Origin: Perna viridis
Taxonomy: Eukaryota
Direction: 5' to 3'
DNA length: 64,000 bases
Assembly (NCBI GenBank): GCA_037379345.1
Contig: CM074511.1
Span: forward strand, 50,226,862-50,290,861
Part shown: positions 47,424 to 60,063 of the stretch, piece after piece
Layout: every line of letters begins with the position of its first letter
How positions within the stretch are numbered: the first letter of the stretch is position 1
Notes under the pieces: generated by a model
What the model saw: the letters and a program-made list of their open reading frames with translations, nothing else
Told to the model about the DNA's origin: nothing
Database searches by the model: none
Translations under genes and position numbers: made by a program

Positions 47424-50400
47424 TCAAGGAATATCAACTGGATTTTGTTGGCTGTCGTCTATTGTTGAATACTTCATAGTATTTGTCATAATGCTTTGCA
47501 TTTCGGAGTATGGATTGTCTCCTCTTTGGCCAAAGAATAACTTAGAGTGAATCCAGCGTCTTAATTTATACAACTCAAACAAAATAATTTGACTGAGACA
47601 AGATTGAATGACACAGATAATACAAGTTATAACTGCCTCTTGTGGGTGATCCCAGTTAAGAACGTTGTAGGCGTAATGCCGTCCTTCAAGTATGGTGCCA
47701 TTATTAAGGAAATACAGAGCATTGAACAAAGAATAAATCGATCCTAACATGACAGGAATGAACAGATGTAATATCCGGATTGGTGTTGCAGATAACATTA
47801 AATCTACCATTACATAGACTGTATTTAGGGTATGCTTCAGGCGACTCATGTCAGTCATCAAAATAGCTGTAAAGATAAAAATATTTCTAATTGAATAGCT
47901 CATTCGATTGATTTGATGGCTAAAAGAGAAATGGTATAAGAAACCATCAATAATTACCTGTGTGGTCTATGAATGCAATAAAGGACCAATAAGAAATAGT
48001 CACAACAAACGCAGAGTTGTATCCCAGATTCTGTAGAACCCATTGTACTTTCAATGACGGTGGCATCTTGTCAAACGATTGTCGATCTGAAATTAAAGGA
48101 AAAACATTATATACATTGAACACTTATCTCAGAAAAAAATCCTATGATCATAAGGGTAACTATGGAATAGCTTTGAGATGTGTCTGTGATTGTACCAAAA
48201 GGTGCTATATAGATATCCTTACGTCCACATGCAAGAAATTGATTCTTTTCACTTGACTGGTTGTTCTCACACAAAGGTTTATGATAGGAATGGACCGAAC
48301 TAGAAATATATACACAAAAGACAACTATAGCATGAATTTAAAGTTTCCTCATTTTACCAGGTATCGAGTGGAGAAAGCAACCAATATTGTCATTTTATAA
48401 TACAAGTTAGCAGTAGGCCTTTGTAAAGTCGACACCAAATCCAGACAAAGTTGGACAGCATTAAGGCATCTAGTTATCTGTCTCTAGCCCGAGGATGATA
48501 ACTTCTATTATCACTTTACAAATTTTGGTGCGTAATGTTTATTTAGCGATTTTGATACAAAGTGTAAGACGTGTTTAGTTTTTTTAGTCTTTTTCTTTTT
48601 GTATTTTCTTCCTACTGAATGAAATGTAGCATGATATAACTAAGATCCCTATTGTCAAAATAAATAACTTGATATAATGTCATTTCTCTTTCTGAAGATG
48701 TCATATAGAAGAATTTGAAGCATGATCCCATGGAACAGTGTTTCGAATAGAGTCGTCACATTCTGAGACATATATAAAATTTTGAAGAATATATACATTT
48801 AGCCTTTTTGTAAAGTGCTTCACTTCCTGTATACCACTGACAACACAGTTTCTTTTATCAAGTATATATTAATTTCATAGAAAGCTGATTGAACTTACAC
48901 GAACGGAAGGAAACAGTCTAGCCACTATCTGACATGAATTATTTTCCCATTTGAATGGCGAGTTTTAATGCATAAAGATCAATCACGTGACTACCTCTAT
49001 GTATTTTTTTGAAGCTACCCCCATTAATAATAATACACGTAATAGTAATAATAATACAGTGGCCGATCCAGGGGGCAGGGGGCCCGCCCCCTCTTTGAAA
49101 AAAAAATTTGGAAAAATTGTGTGTGTTAAATCATGAAAAACACTCACTTCGTGATCGTAACCGGTGATCCTGTCAAGAAATTTGTTTGCCCCCCTCCTAC
49201 ATAAAACTCTGGATCCGCCACTGTAATAATAATAGCCTTTATTTAGACAGAATAAACACATATTAGTACTTCATAATATAATAGTTCACCTAGTAGTCCT
49301 GTATTATAATACATACATACATCATACAAATACAAAAAAAACCAAATATATGTTATGGGTTTTCATATAAGCATATAAACTGACATCAATAACTTAATGT
49401 AGAAAAATATTCTCCTGAACAAGATTTTTTTAAAAGACGCTAACGTATTACAATTTCTGACGTATTCGGGTAAATTGTTCCATAGACTGGTACCAGACAC
49501 TGTTAGCGAACGTTTATAATATTCAGTACGAGATATTGAAGTAAATAACAAATTACTACCACTCTATCTAGTTCTTCTAGAAATAATTTTATGTACATAT
49601 TTAAATATATCCATATATGTAGGTGTTAAATAGTGAAGTACTTTAAAAACTGAACTTACCTTTCTGAATACAAAATACTCTGGTATTGGCATCTAAGCAC
49701 AAAACATTTTACTTGATAATGTAGATTTTCAAATAAAATTTTGGACTACGGCTGCTCAAAAACTAAAAAATAAAATCCCAGGCCCCCTCCCCCTCGAGAA
49801 GAAAATGGTCTGTGTCTTATGGTACCATTGTAGCGTTGTGCGTCCGTTAAGCGTCGTTTATTACTCTTGCACGATAACTTGGGTAAAATTTGAAATACTC
49901 TGTTGTTCCCGTTATTCTTCAGTTTATATTTCTATGTTTTAAACTTATTTGATAGAACCCCGAATCCTAGAAAAATGAATTTTAACAATGACAGGCAAAA
50001 CAATTCCGTATTCATTTCAACTACAATGGTTGTTGTTTTACATTCGATGCAATACTATGTTTTAGACCTAGGAGACATATATTTATAGTTTGGTTCTGTG
50101 AAATAATTTTAACAGCGTTACCCTTTTATCTACTGTTTTAGCTGGTAGGACTTTCTACAGTGGAATTCCAACCTCTTACGTTACAGGAGTAGGTGTCAGG
50201 CTCTACCTTATAATTTTAATACTAGTACTAATACATGTAATAAGAAAAAAGGCAATGCTTCAGGAAGACGTTATGAATTATTGCCTTCCAGTTTTAGGTT
50301 TCTAGAACTTTGTATTTAATATATTTCATTATTACCATTTCAGAAAAACGCAAAACAACATTTATTGTTTAGAATACTGGAACCTGTAACCTCTAAACAT

Positions 50401-53400
50401 GGAAAAAAACTGAAATCAAATTTTGGCATATGCCACCTGTTTCCTGTGTCTTCTATGAATACACTCTTAAATTTAAGCCCCTCACCTAAAACACAATAGC
50501 TGTACCATTTTTTTTCTAATTCTATTCATTACACTGCAGTTTGAATCAATTAAAACTCGCGTAAAATAAATATTTGTTTTCCGCATCTTTATCAGAAATG
50601 TATACATTTGCAATAACATGCAAGAAAAAGGTATCTTAAGCTTAATTATTAAATCAACTGACGATTTTCACGTGAACTCTATCGGGCTCCTTTAAGTGAT
50701 GTGTGGTTTTAGTTTCTTACTCCAGAGGAGTAACTAAATTTTTCCTACTTAAGGGGGGGCGGACCCTCTGGGATCCGCCTTTGTACTCGTAAAACCAAAT
50801 TAAGTTAATATAGAGAGTAGAAAAATTGTATTACTGTTACCCCCCCCCCTCACAAAAAAAAAAAAAACAAACAAAACAAAAACAAACTAACGAACAAACT
50901 AACAAACAGTCTGCAATTTCTTTTTCTTGCTGGTAGATTTTTCTAATGTTTCTATTGATTTAAGCTTAGTATCTTTAAACTCCTGCCAATCTATGAATTA
51001 ATTGTCTGTCTTTTTCCAATAAAACGTTAGAATTAAAAAGACAGTAGATTTCTCCAATATCAAGAAGATATAGAAAGGATTGTGTATTGTTTAGAATGAA
51101 TTTCTATAGTCTTTAAATGAAAAGCACATATAATATGCCAAATTCATATACATAGCATGTGTTTAGTCCATTCTGGCATAAAAAGCAATAATAGAAGCAT
51201 TTAAATTTGAAGCAGTAGTATGGTATTTATAAGCTTTTAAAGAAAATGACATTTAAGCAAGACATTTTGTTATTAATTCTTGCATGTTTTCCTTCTTTCC
51301 TGCTACACACTTGATTTTGTAAAACAAAGGGATGGACGTACGTAGCCGCTTGTTATCAAGTTTGTCTTATCTTAATACTGTTTTCTTTGCTGTTTACTTA
51401 CTTGGCAGGGTGTCCATAGTACTGTTTTCTTTGCCGTATACTTACTTGGCGGAGAGTCCATAGTGCTGTTTTCTTTGCCGACTACTTACCTAGGCAGGGT
51501 GAAGCTCGTGTGACATAGAACATAGCACACAATGCCTGGTAGCAGGTACACAGAACCAACAGAATGAAGCTCCAGTTAGTAGCATATACCAGATAGAACC
51601 ACATCTTGTCATGGTAAAACTTCTGGGACTCGTACATTAAATCTGATACGATCCATGCTACCATCAACACTCCAATAATAATCCGATACGCTGTAAACCC
51701 CTTCAAGTTGATTGGCCACTAGGAAACAAAAAACAAAAAAAAACAAGTATCATAGATGCAGTTTTTGGATCAACACATTATATATTCACTGTTATAAACT
51801 TACCGTTTTGAAAAAAAAAGAAAGATGGAGTTAAAAACTTGATAAATTGCTTCTGCATGTAAAAGAAAAAACGTTTTTTTTTTGTTTTATGTTGAATTTG
51901 ATTGTTCTATGTTTTTAGTGAAATTTTGATTTTGCTTTTTTTTCTTTTTATCATGTTTTAGTCATATTGGTACGAAACTGGTCTATTTTTGTGTAAACAG
52001 GAAAACACATTTACAAATGATAGCCATTTTTTGTTTTAAAAGACAAACTGATACTATTGACAACGTGGGCTGACATTTGAATAAGCGGCAAAGTTAATTG
52101 CTTTTTAATCGATCTTAAATGTTATATCATATTATTACATTTGTATTATCACTCATTTTATTAATGTTTATTGACCAATGTGTCAGTTTTAAGTACATTT
52201 TTCTTCTTTTTTTTGACACATGTTACATTTAAGTTTCCTATTATGTATTTTATTTATGATTGATCAATAACATATCATGGGTGCTGTCTTCCTGTATAAA
52301 CCGGATTTCTGATAACATATTATGGGTGCTGTCTTCCTGTATAAACCGAGCTTTAGGCATTGGAATGAAGCCTATATAAAGAAATCTATGAAAATAAGTT
52401 CTTAATAACATTGTCCAGTTCCTCTTATATTCCAAAGAAGCATCTATATACATGAATGTAAATAAATGAAGTTGATATACATGTTCTAGTACATCCCCAG
52501 TACACAGTCAAACGATAGACATAATCGTGAACAGATCGGTAATTTAGGTTACAGACCACCAATTCAACCAATGAGCATTTGGAACGTAGGCAAAAATAGT
52601 CCTACGCAGAAATTACCCCTGTTCCTCATAGTGCTGTGAAAAAAGTTCTCATCTCATTTAAAAAATTTAAACAGTTTCTGAAAGGAAAAACATTTCTGTA
52701 CATTTTATAGGTGCATTTTGCTTCTTGTGATGTGAAGCCTAATCTCCATAATGATTTCTAAATATACCCCTATCTTGTGAAAACACTGGGATTCCCCATG
52801 CTATTTACAGACACTTCACTTCCGGTGACCAGTACTGCACTGCAAGTCTGCTAACCCCACATGCCATTTTGAGGATTGTGAGCTGACATATGTAGAATCA
52901 TGCTGATATATAGTCCTCTGCAGGTTAAAGTTAAGGTAAAGTCCAGAGAAGCCATTGAATATTGTGAAATTAGCATAGAAGCCTATGGGAAGTGGAATTA
53001 GTGGTTTTTAGCCTGTATGCCAATAATTACTGAAGCATATTCTGACTCAACTTTGAAAGATTTCTGTCTGACCTCATTAACTATCATGAAATATTGGAAA
53101 TGTTTCAGTGATTAAGCGTCTATTACAAAATGGTCAAAATAAACAATTGTCATTTACTAAGCATACAAAAACATAAATTTTAAAATCGAATGTAGACATG
53201 CAAACATAACGGCTGGGTCGGTAAAATATCGTTCGGAATTCGATTTCCGATCAATCAACATCGGTTTCTGTCATTTGTACTATCTTTGTCACTAAATATC
53301 ACCAAAAGACCTTTATACTGAATTGATTGGCCTTATCATCGTCCCCTATTAACTCATACAACCGAAAGAATAGCCCGGCTAAAGATAATGAGGAAATATG

Positions 53401-55630
53401 ATTGTTGTCGTACAAGCAATATCTTCTGTCAGTCAATTACAAAGTTTGTCTTTATCCTATGGCCACTGGAGGAATTGTATGCATGATTTCACTCTCATAA
53501 TATCCATTAGAAATTAATCAATTGGAAAAATATGGAATTATGATATAGCGTTGGCATCGCGGTTTATTGGTTCTACTGGTTACTGGAAACGGGGAATGAA
53601 ACACAATCTCTGACCATTTCTAAGTGCGATATCAATCCTAGGTTGAAAAAAATATTTTGCTTGGTTATTAACTATAGATACATGAATACACTTCATCTTG
53701 AATGATGTGTAAAACATAAGTTGTACAAATAAGATATCAAAACTTTTTAATTTTAATACCTAAAACTGCAATTCATAGACTTATACATGATAAGATTGAT
53801 ACATTGTAGAATACCTGATACAATTTTGAATCTCTCGATTTGATTTCACGTCATCCACACTAAAAAGTACCTCGGTATAGATATACTTTCTTACTATACT
53901 GCAAACACGTACCATGCTTTGGGCATCAATTACAACATGTTTAGTTTGCTCTCAGGGTCTGATACGGTAAGTACGGCTAGTGACGAATCAATATTTTTTG
54001 TCGGTATGGCATTTCGTATTTAAAATTTGTGTAAAAAATAGGGTATTTTAATCGGTAACAAATTAAAACAACTTTAAACATATGTGTTTGTAATTCATGC
54101 CGCACCAATTGACATTTAGATGCCTTCATCTTGTTTATTTTAATAATTTTTAAGAAGTTATTTAAATGAACCAAAACGTCTTTTTAAAACTGCTTGATAC
54201 ACTCATTGGTTTAACGTACCAGAAATTTGTCATTTATACACATGAGTAACTTGGTTTGAAGTACCAGGAATTGCTGTTTATACACATGAGTACTTGATCT
54301 GAAGTAAAAGGAATTTGTCATTTATACCCATGAGTACTTTGGTCTGAAGTACCAGAAATTTTTCGTTTATACACACAGGCGCGTAGCTGCCGTTAGGCAA
54401 AAAAGCTTTTGCCTGCACTTAATTTATTTTTTTTTAAAATACATCCAGGAGAGGCATAAATGATGCTCTAAAACGCTATCTCCGCGGAGCTTCGGGGGGG
54501 GGGGTTCGCCCCCTGGACCTGCTGGGGGCCTTAAGCAGCCCCCAGACCCCCTGCCGTAATTTTGCCTACACTTCAATTTGGCCTCAGCTACGCGCCTGAC
54601 ACATGAGTACTTTGATCTGAAGTACCAGGAATTTGTCATTTATTCACATGAGTACTTTGATCCGAAGTATTAGGAATTTGTCATTTATGCCCATAAGTAC
54701 TTTGGTCTGAAATACCAGGAATGTGTCGTTTATGTACATGAGTACTTTGATCTGAAGTATCAGGAATGTTTTGTTTTAGCCGGAAATATATGACACATTC
54801 AATTTATCACAGGTTTTTCAAAGAAATCTCTAAATGGATTTTAGAGCACAGCTCGTATACTTCTTAACTACTACGCTTAATTATTTGATATATTTCACAA
54901 ACAAATGTGCATGCATTGGAGTATCTTATTTCACTGAATTGAAATAGAGTTTACAAGCATAGCAACTAATAGTTGGTTTTCAAGGATGCTTCTATCGATT
55001 GGAACACGATTCAAAGTAGAAAATGGCAATACACTATCACGCCATGTCTTCTTTCACGGTCACCAAAGGAAATGTATTATTCATTACTAATTTTGTCAAC
55101 TAGTTAAACATTTTTTCTGGTATTTTTTATTGTTTTTTTTTCTGATAGAATGATTGTATATCATGGTAATAACTTAAATTTTAAATGATAAATAGCAAAA
55201 TTTGTGTTTTAATTCGCACCAAACAGGTTTGTGCGTTTTAAGTAGCATTAGCAAGTTTGAGTCTTTGCAAATTAATGACCACATCTAATGTTGAAGGGTT
55301 TCTATGATACATATATATGACTATTTATACATAAACTAAAGTTCTTGTTACAAGTTTTTCTTCAAGAAGTATCATGAGAACCTTTTTATGCTGATAACTT
55401 TCCCAGCGAATTACATGTATGTACAATGACGTGGCAATTCAATTGTGTTGTTGCTCCCAGAAATTGAATATTACATCTTCTTTCGAATCAATGGTGGTCA
55501 AGCTTACCTGAGGAGTGACAAAATGAGATGGATTTTCATATTCCAATCCTATATTATCTGGTTTGAATTCCTGTACAACACTTTCACAACAACGCGTTCG
55601 TTCAGTTGACATTCTCCTCTCCGGTTCCAT
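47424..55630 (-). CDS. rost: Protein rolling stone-like multi-pass membrane protein (4 exons, 307 aa)
   Basis: Exons 55508-55630, 51490-51718, 47958-48086, 47424-47866; GT-AG introns, phases 0/1/1, total 924 nt. Family motifs: FVTPQW, YLVYATNWSF, QWVLQNL, TISYWSF, HTLNTVYVMVDL, PIRILH, YAYNVLNW. Confidence 0.92.
49030..49740 (-). mobile_element. 3' end of a CR1/L2-group LINE
   Basis: Degenerate ORF2 C-terminus VFKVLHYLTPTYM...RTEYYKRSLTVSGTSLWNNLPEYVRNCNTLASFKKIL, followed by AATAAA and a (TAT)n tail. Confidence 0.75.
49057..49223. mobile_element. 167-bp CAG-terminal mini-element inserted in the LINE tail
   Basis: TIR CAGTGGCCGATCCAG / CTGGATCCGCCACTG. Flanked by TAATAATA on both sides; TSD length is ambiguous because the target is a microsatellite. 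Confidence 0.8.
51376..51501. repeat. 44-bp tandem repeat (about 3 copies) spanning the rost exon-2 donor site
   Basis: ACTTAC (GTAAGT on the minus strand) at 51396, 51440 and 51484, each embedded in near-identical flanking sequence. Confidence 0.85.
52267..52348. repeat. 45-bp tandem duplication
   Basis: ATAACATAT(C/T)ATGGGTGCTGTCTTCCTGTATAAACCG occurs twice. Confidence 0.8.
52547..53013 (-). mobile_element. 467-bp putative solo KolobokP-type LTDR, copy 2
   Basis: Reverse complement of 14468-14934 with the same length. Flanks are TTA and TGT, so there is no clean TSD. Confidence 0.8.
54213..54770. repeat. Minisatellite of about 45 bp (about 7-8 units) interrupted by a mini-element
   Basis: Consensus GAAGTACCAGGAATTTGTCATTTATACACATGAGTACTTTGATCT. 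Confidence 0.85.
54376..54598. mobile_element. 223-bp GC-rich CAG-terminal mini-element with 5-bp TSD
   Basis: Perfect 14-bp TIR CAGGCGCGTAGCTG / CAGCTACGCGCCTG, with ACACA duplicated. The empty site is given by neighbouring minisatellite units. Confidence 0.88.
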
Positions 55631-56214
55631 CTCTCCTGCAAATTCACCATGACTAGTTATCCATTCTGATTACTAAGCAGTTGTCTGATGTGCCAGAGAG
55701 AATTTGTAAATTGTCACAGCCACTGATAGACTCCAGGTCGATAAGACAGTGTCGTTCTATAAATCAAATGTAAATCCAAACAGCTGTTTCACTCTTTGCA
55801 TGAAAAAAGAGTATTTGTGTGTGTAGGTTAGTATAATATACTATCGATTTTGAGCATTTTAATTGAATTTGATCGTTTCAACCTGCAATATATTTCAATT
55901 TTTAAGTATCTTGGGGTTTCGTCTTTTTTACAAGGTCACCTTTATTACCACGTCATTCATAAATTATTCAGGATTTAGTTAGGATGTTTTTACCCACCCT
56001 TTTAACAATTGCAAATAGGTCTTTCGCTGAAAATGATATTTTTGCTTTATTATGGCAGTCAGTGAAAGTTACATAATGTTAACATTTATATAACGATTTG
56101 TAAAATGTGGCCATGACATGGAATTATCATGTAGATTTACTACATGTAAATGTGTACTTAACCAAGCTCTACATAATAGCTTTAACTATCTAGTCAGAGA
56201 CTCTTCTAAGATAG

Positions 56215-58550
56215 TAGTCCACCGTGCACCCCCACTCATCAAGTTCATGGTGATTTTTGGGTACCTTCATACCTCCCGTTACCGAATCAATTTATCGCCA
56301 AAGAATATTGTCGGATTCTTTTTCAGTATAAGCCTATATTTGTACCCCACTGGGTCAAAAAGCCAAGATATTTGTGACCAAATTGTTTGAGCATCTAATC
56401 CTTGCTGGGATAGCATATGTGAACAAACTAAATAAATTTAGGTATCATCATACAGCCCTTTATAATTCTTCGAACTTCTTTCACAAAATGAAGTCAACTA
56501 ACATATACAAATAACTATATATATACGAATCTATTCGCTTCACTGCTCCATCGGATCAAAATTGATACAGGGAAGATAAAGTTAGCATGGAAACCCAACA
56601 TTTCTGATCAATTTATGCGATTAGATTTTTTTTGAGTTTACAATTACTGTAAAATCGTGAAAAGGAGGATTTTCAGAATTTCTTCTATATCACCCGTTAT
56701 TTTCATTTTTTTCAGAATACTGTAGTTTAAACAATCTTATGTGTGAAACGGTACATTAATATAGTATATTAGCTTCGAAATGAGCCCAAGTAGTAAATAT
56801 TTGAACTTGTCCAAGTCAAAATAGGTGGAAAATTGCCCCCCCCCCAATCCATGAAAAAAAAACTCAACATGAACTAAAATGTTAATTTTGGCATATAAAA
56901 GGTGTTCAATAGAAATGTTGAGTATTAGTGTTTGATTATCGATGTATCTAACATATCAGTTTCATTATGACAATAATGAGTTTTTCATCAAAAGGGAAAT
57001 TTTCGGAATTTCATATTTTCTTCCATTTCACCTATATTTTTTTTGAAATACCTAACTTCAAACAAGCTTTTGTATATTCAAACACAATTATATAGTGTCT
57101 TAGCATTATAATGGGCCCGAGTAATAAATATTTGAACTTTTCCAAGTCCAATTAGGTGAAAAATTGCCACCCCTACCCGTGAAAAAGGTACCTCAACATG
57201 AACCCAAATGTTAATTTTTAGCATAAAATCGATGTAAAAAAATACAAGTTGGATACTAGTGTTTTAATTATACAAAAGCTTGTTTGAAGTACGGTATTTA
57301 AAAAAAAATTGACAATTATAGGTGAAGTGGAAGAAAATATGAAATTCCGAAAATTCATCTTTTTATGAAAAACTCATTATTGCCACATTGAAACTGAACA
57401 AAATTGAAATGAGGAAATATGTTTGATACATCGATAATTAAAACAATAGTACCCAACTTGTATATTGTACACAGTTTATATGCCAAAAATACACATGTTG
57501 AGGTTTTTCTTTTTCACAGGTATGGGATAGCAAATTTCCACCTAACTCGACTTTGAAAAGTTCAAATATTTATTATTTGAGCTCATTTGGAAGTTAAGAC
57601 AATTTATTAATGTACTGTATCATACAAAAAAACTTGTTTAAACTACGGTATTATAAAAAAAATGGAAATAACGGGTGATATAGAAGAAATTCTGAAATTG
57701 TGAAAATCCCCCTTTTTACGATTTTACAGTAATTGTAAACCCGAAAAGAAAATCTAAGCGCCTCATGCATAAAATATGAGTTTAACGGTGTCGGTATGCT
57801 TTGAATGAGAATTCTGTTAGATACTGAGACCAGTTTTCAAGGGGTAGGGGTAGAATTTTAACAATTTATTGAAAATTCTTTCTTGAAAAGTAGTTTTTCG
57901 TGTTTTTTTTATTTTTGTGTAGAAAAATGAATTATCTATCGAATGATACCAAATTTGAGACGTTTTAGTTGAGTATTAGATTATTGATTTGAATTTGTGT
58001 TACTTTTTTCGGAAAATTCGAAAATCCCATTTTTCCTTTCTGGGATAAACTGTTACTACGAAATTCGCCAAAATTCATCAAAAGAATCCGAGAAGTATTA
58101 ATTGTGATAATACTAAACAGAAAATACCACATAAGCCATTTTTTACTGAAGCATAAATACTCTAGGGGTTTTGATATGGAAAAATATGTCAATTTAAGCG
58201 ATTTTTCGGTAGGGTAGGGGTATATATTTTTTTTTAAATTTTACCTCAAAACCCCAAGTGTTACCGCAGTTTTGTTGGTACCATTGTAAAGCTGAGATAT
58301 TGGGCTTTATAATGATATATATATTTGTTGGTTTACTTCATTTTGTAGAAAGAAGAAGTTCAAAGAATAAAAAGCTTTAAAAAGTAGACTTTTGCCTCCG
58401 CGATGTACAAATAGTAGCCAAAAAATACAAAAATGCTTCAGTTTATTTTTTGGCGACAAAACGATTCGTAAATGGGAGGTATAAGGAAACCTGAAAATCA
58501 TATTTTGGTTGATGATTTGGGTGCACGGTGATATCTCAGCCCAGGTACTG
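56215..58550. mobile_element. Academ-like non-autonomous fold-back element, both arms
   Basis: Begins TAGTCC(A)CCGTGCACC and ends GGTGCACGGTGATATCTCAGCCCAGGTACTG, with TAG on both flanks. About 56620-57260 is an inverted copy of about 57270-57760. Confidence 0.7.
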
Positions 58551-59191
58551 TAGCAAGGTTATTAAATATTTATGGAAAGGAGAATGAAACTACACTAATG
58601 GGACTAATACCTCCGCAGCCTGTTGAACCCTGTATTGTCGGGGAACAATGTTGACACAAGATTTGTAGTGGACTTAATTTTTATGGTGGATGGACTAACG
58701 ACATATCTTGTGGGAACGGCATAGTATCTTGAGGGAATGATATATGTATGTTATGGTAACGACATATTTTCTTGAGGGAACGAGAAACTTATCTTTAGAG
58801 AACAACATAATATTTTTATTTCATGGCCGCTTTCTGCCACCGTACTTTTGACACACAATTTTACTGCCATTCTAAAACACCCAACTCCAAACAGAAATCA
58901 GTATTATTTTTTATGTGTTGACAACACAATAACAGAATATGGCTGCATTTTTACTGTAAACATAAATTTCTGACAATATGCACACTAACACTCCGTTGGG
59001 TTTCATTCAATCCTGCAATTTATTGAGGAGTTGCGGAAAACGCATCAGAGCAAATTTTGCTGAAAACGCCTTTAGTTAGTCCATCAGCCGTCATTTCTAC
59101 AATTTTTGCCCAAACTTTAATTTCCGACACTATGTACAACTCCATGTGGTTATACCGAGTATTACTCCCACAAAATAAGTTTCAGAGCATT

Positions 59192-60063
59192 AAACAAGAG
59201 GCTCTCAGGAGCCTGAATCGCTCACCTGGTTCAAATTTTCCCTTTCAAGGGCAATAACTCAAACAAGATGTCCCAAGAATTTTGACTCACGAAGACTTTG
59301 GTAGGACTTATCATAAGGATCTTTCCATCAATTGAAAGTTCCTTCTATCTATCACAGTTCTCAAGAACTGATTGAAAACTAAAAAAACGGCTTTTTTACC
59401 TTCCAAGGACAATAACTCTAACAAGGAGTCGTCCCACAACTTCAATCCCATGCAGGCTTTTGTAGGCCTTATAAAAATGATCATTTCGGTAATTGAAATA
59501 ATTTGGCTAAAACTAACGGTTTTGGAGATGTACGAGGGAAAAAATCTGACTGACCCCTTTGTTCTATATTTAGTTACTGCGGACATGTATTTCGACGAAT
59601 CATACATCAGATCTATGCAGAAAACCCTAAAGAACATTCAAACCAAGTTTGGTTCCAATTGGTCACTTAATGTCAGAGGAGAAGATTTTTGAAACAAAAA
59701 ACATTAAAATGAGCTAAAAAAAATGTCCAAAAAGGGCAATAAAACAGATTAAATCGAAAATTTAACTACAGACAGATCTCATCATGCTGAACACTCTTAT
59801 CTCATGTCAAAATTTGGCTAAACTTAACAATCTTGGAAATATATGCGAAAAACTTCTGTCTGACCCCCATCTCCTACTTACAGAAACGGCAGAAATGTTT
59901 TTTGACGGATCAAAAATCCCCACATCAATACCAAAATTTGGTTCAAATTAGTCAAGTAATGTCGGAGAAGAATTTTAAAAAATTGTTAACAACGACTGAC
60001 GATGACGACAAACGCCATGAGATGGCGATACCTCATATGGCTTTGGACCAGGTGAGCTAAAAA
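59192..60063 (-). mobile_element. HINE, same family as 39668-42394, inverted
   Basis: AAACAAGAGGCTCTCAGGAGCCTGAATCGCTCACCTG at one end; GACGATGACGAC microsatellite and CCAGGTGAGCTAAAAA at the other. Shares the internal units. Confidence 0.85.

Noticed and set aside
54213-54770. CRISPR-like array
   Set aside because: Contiguous tandem units without unique spacers, eukaryotic intron, no cas genes.
58690-58845. Short GGGAACGA-type repeats ending in CCGTA
   Set aside because: Probably one end of a decayed MITE; no matching other end found.
59057-60060. ORFs of 66-108 aa
   Set aside because: They lie mostly within the non-coding HINE repeat; no Rep/helicase motifs.
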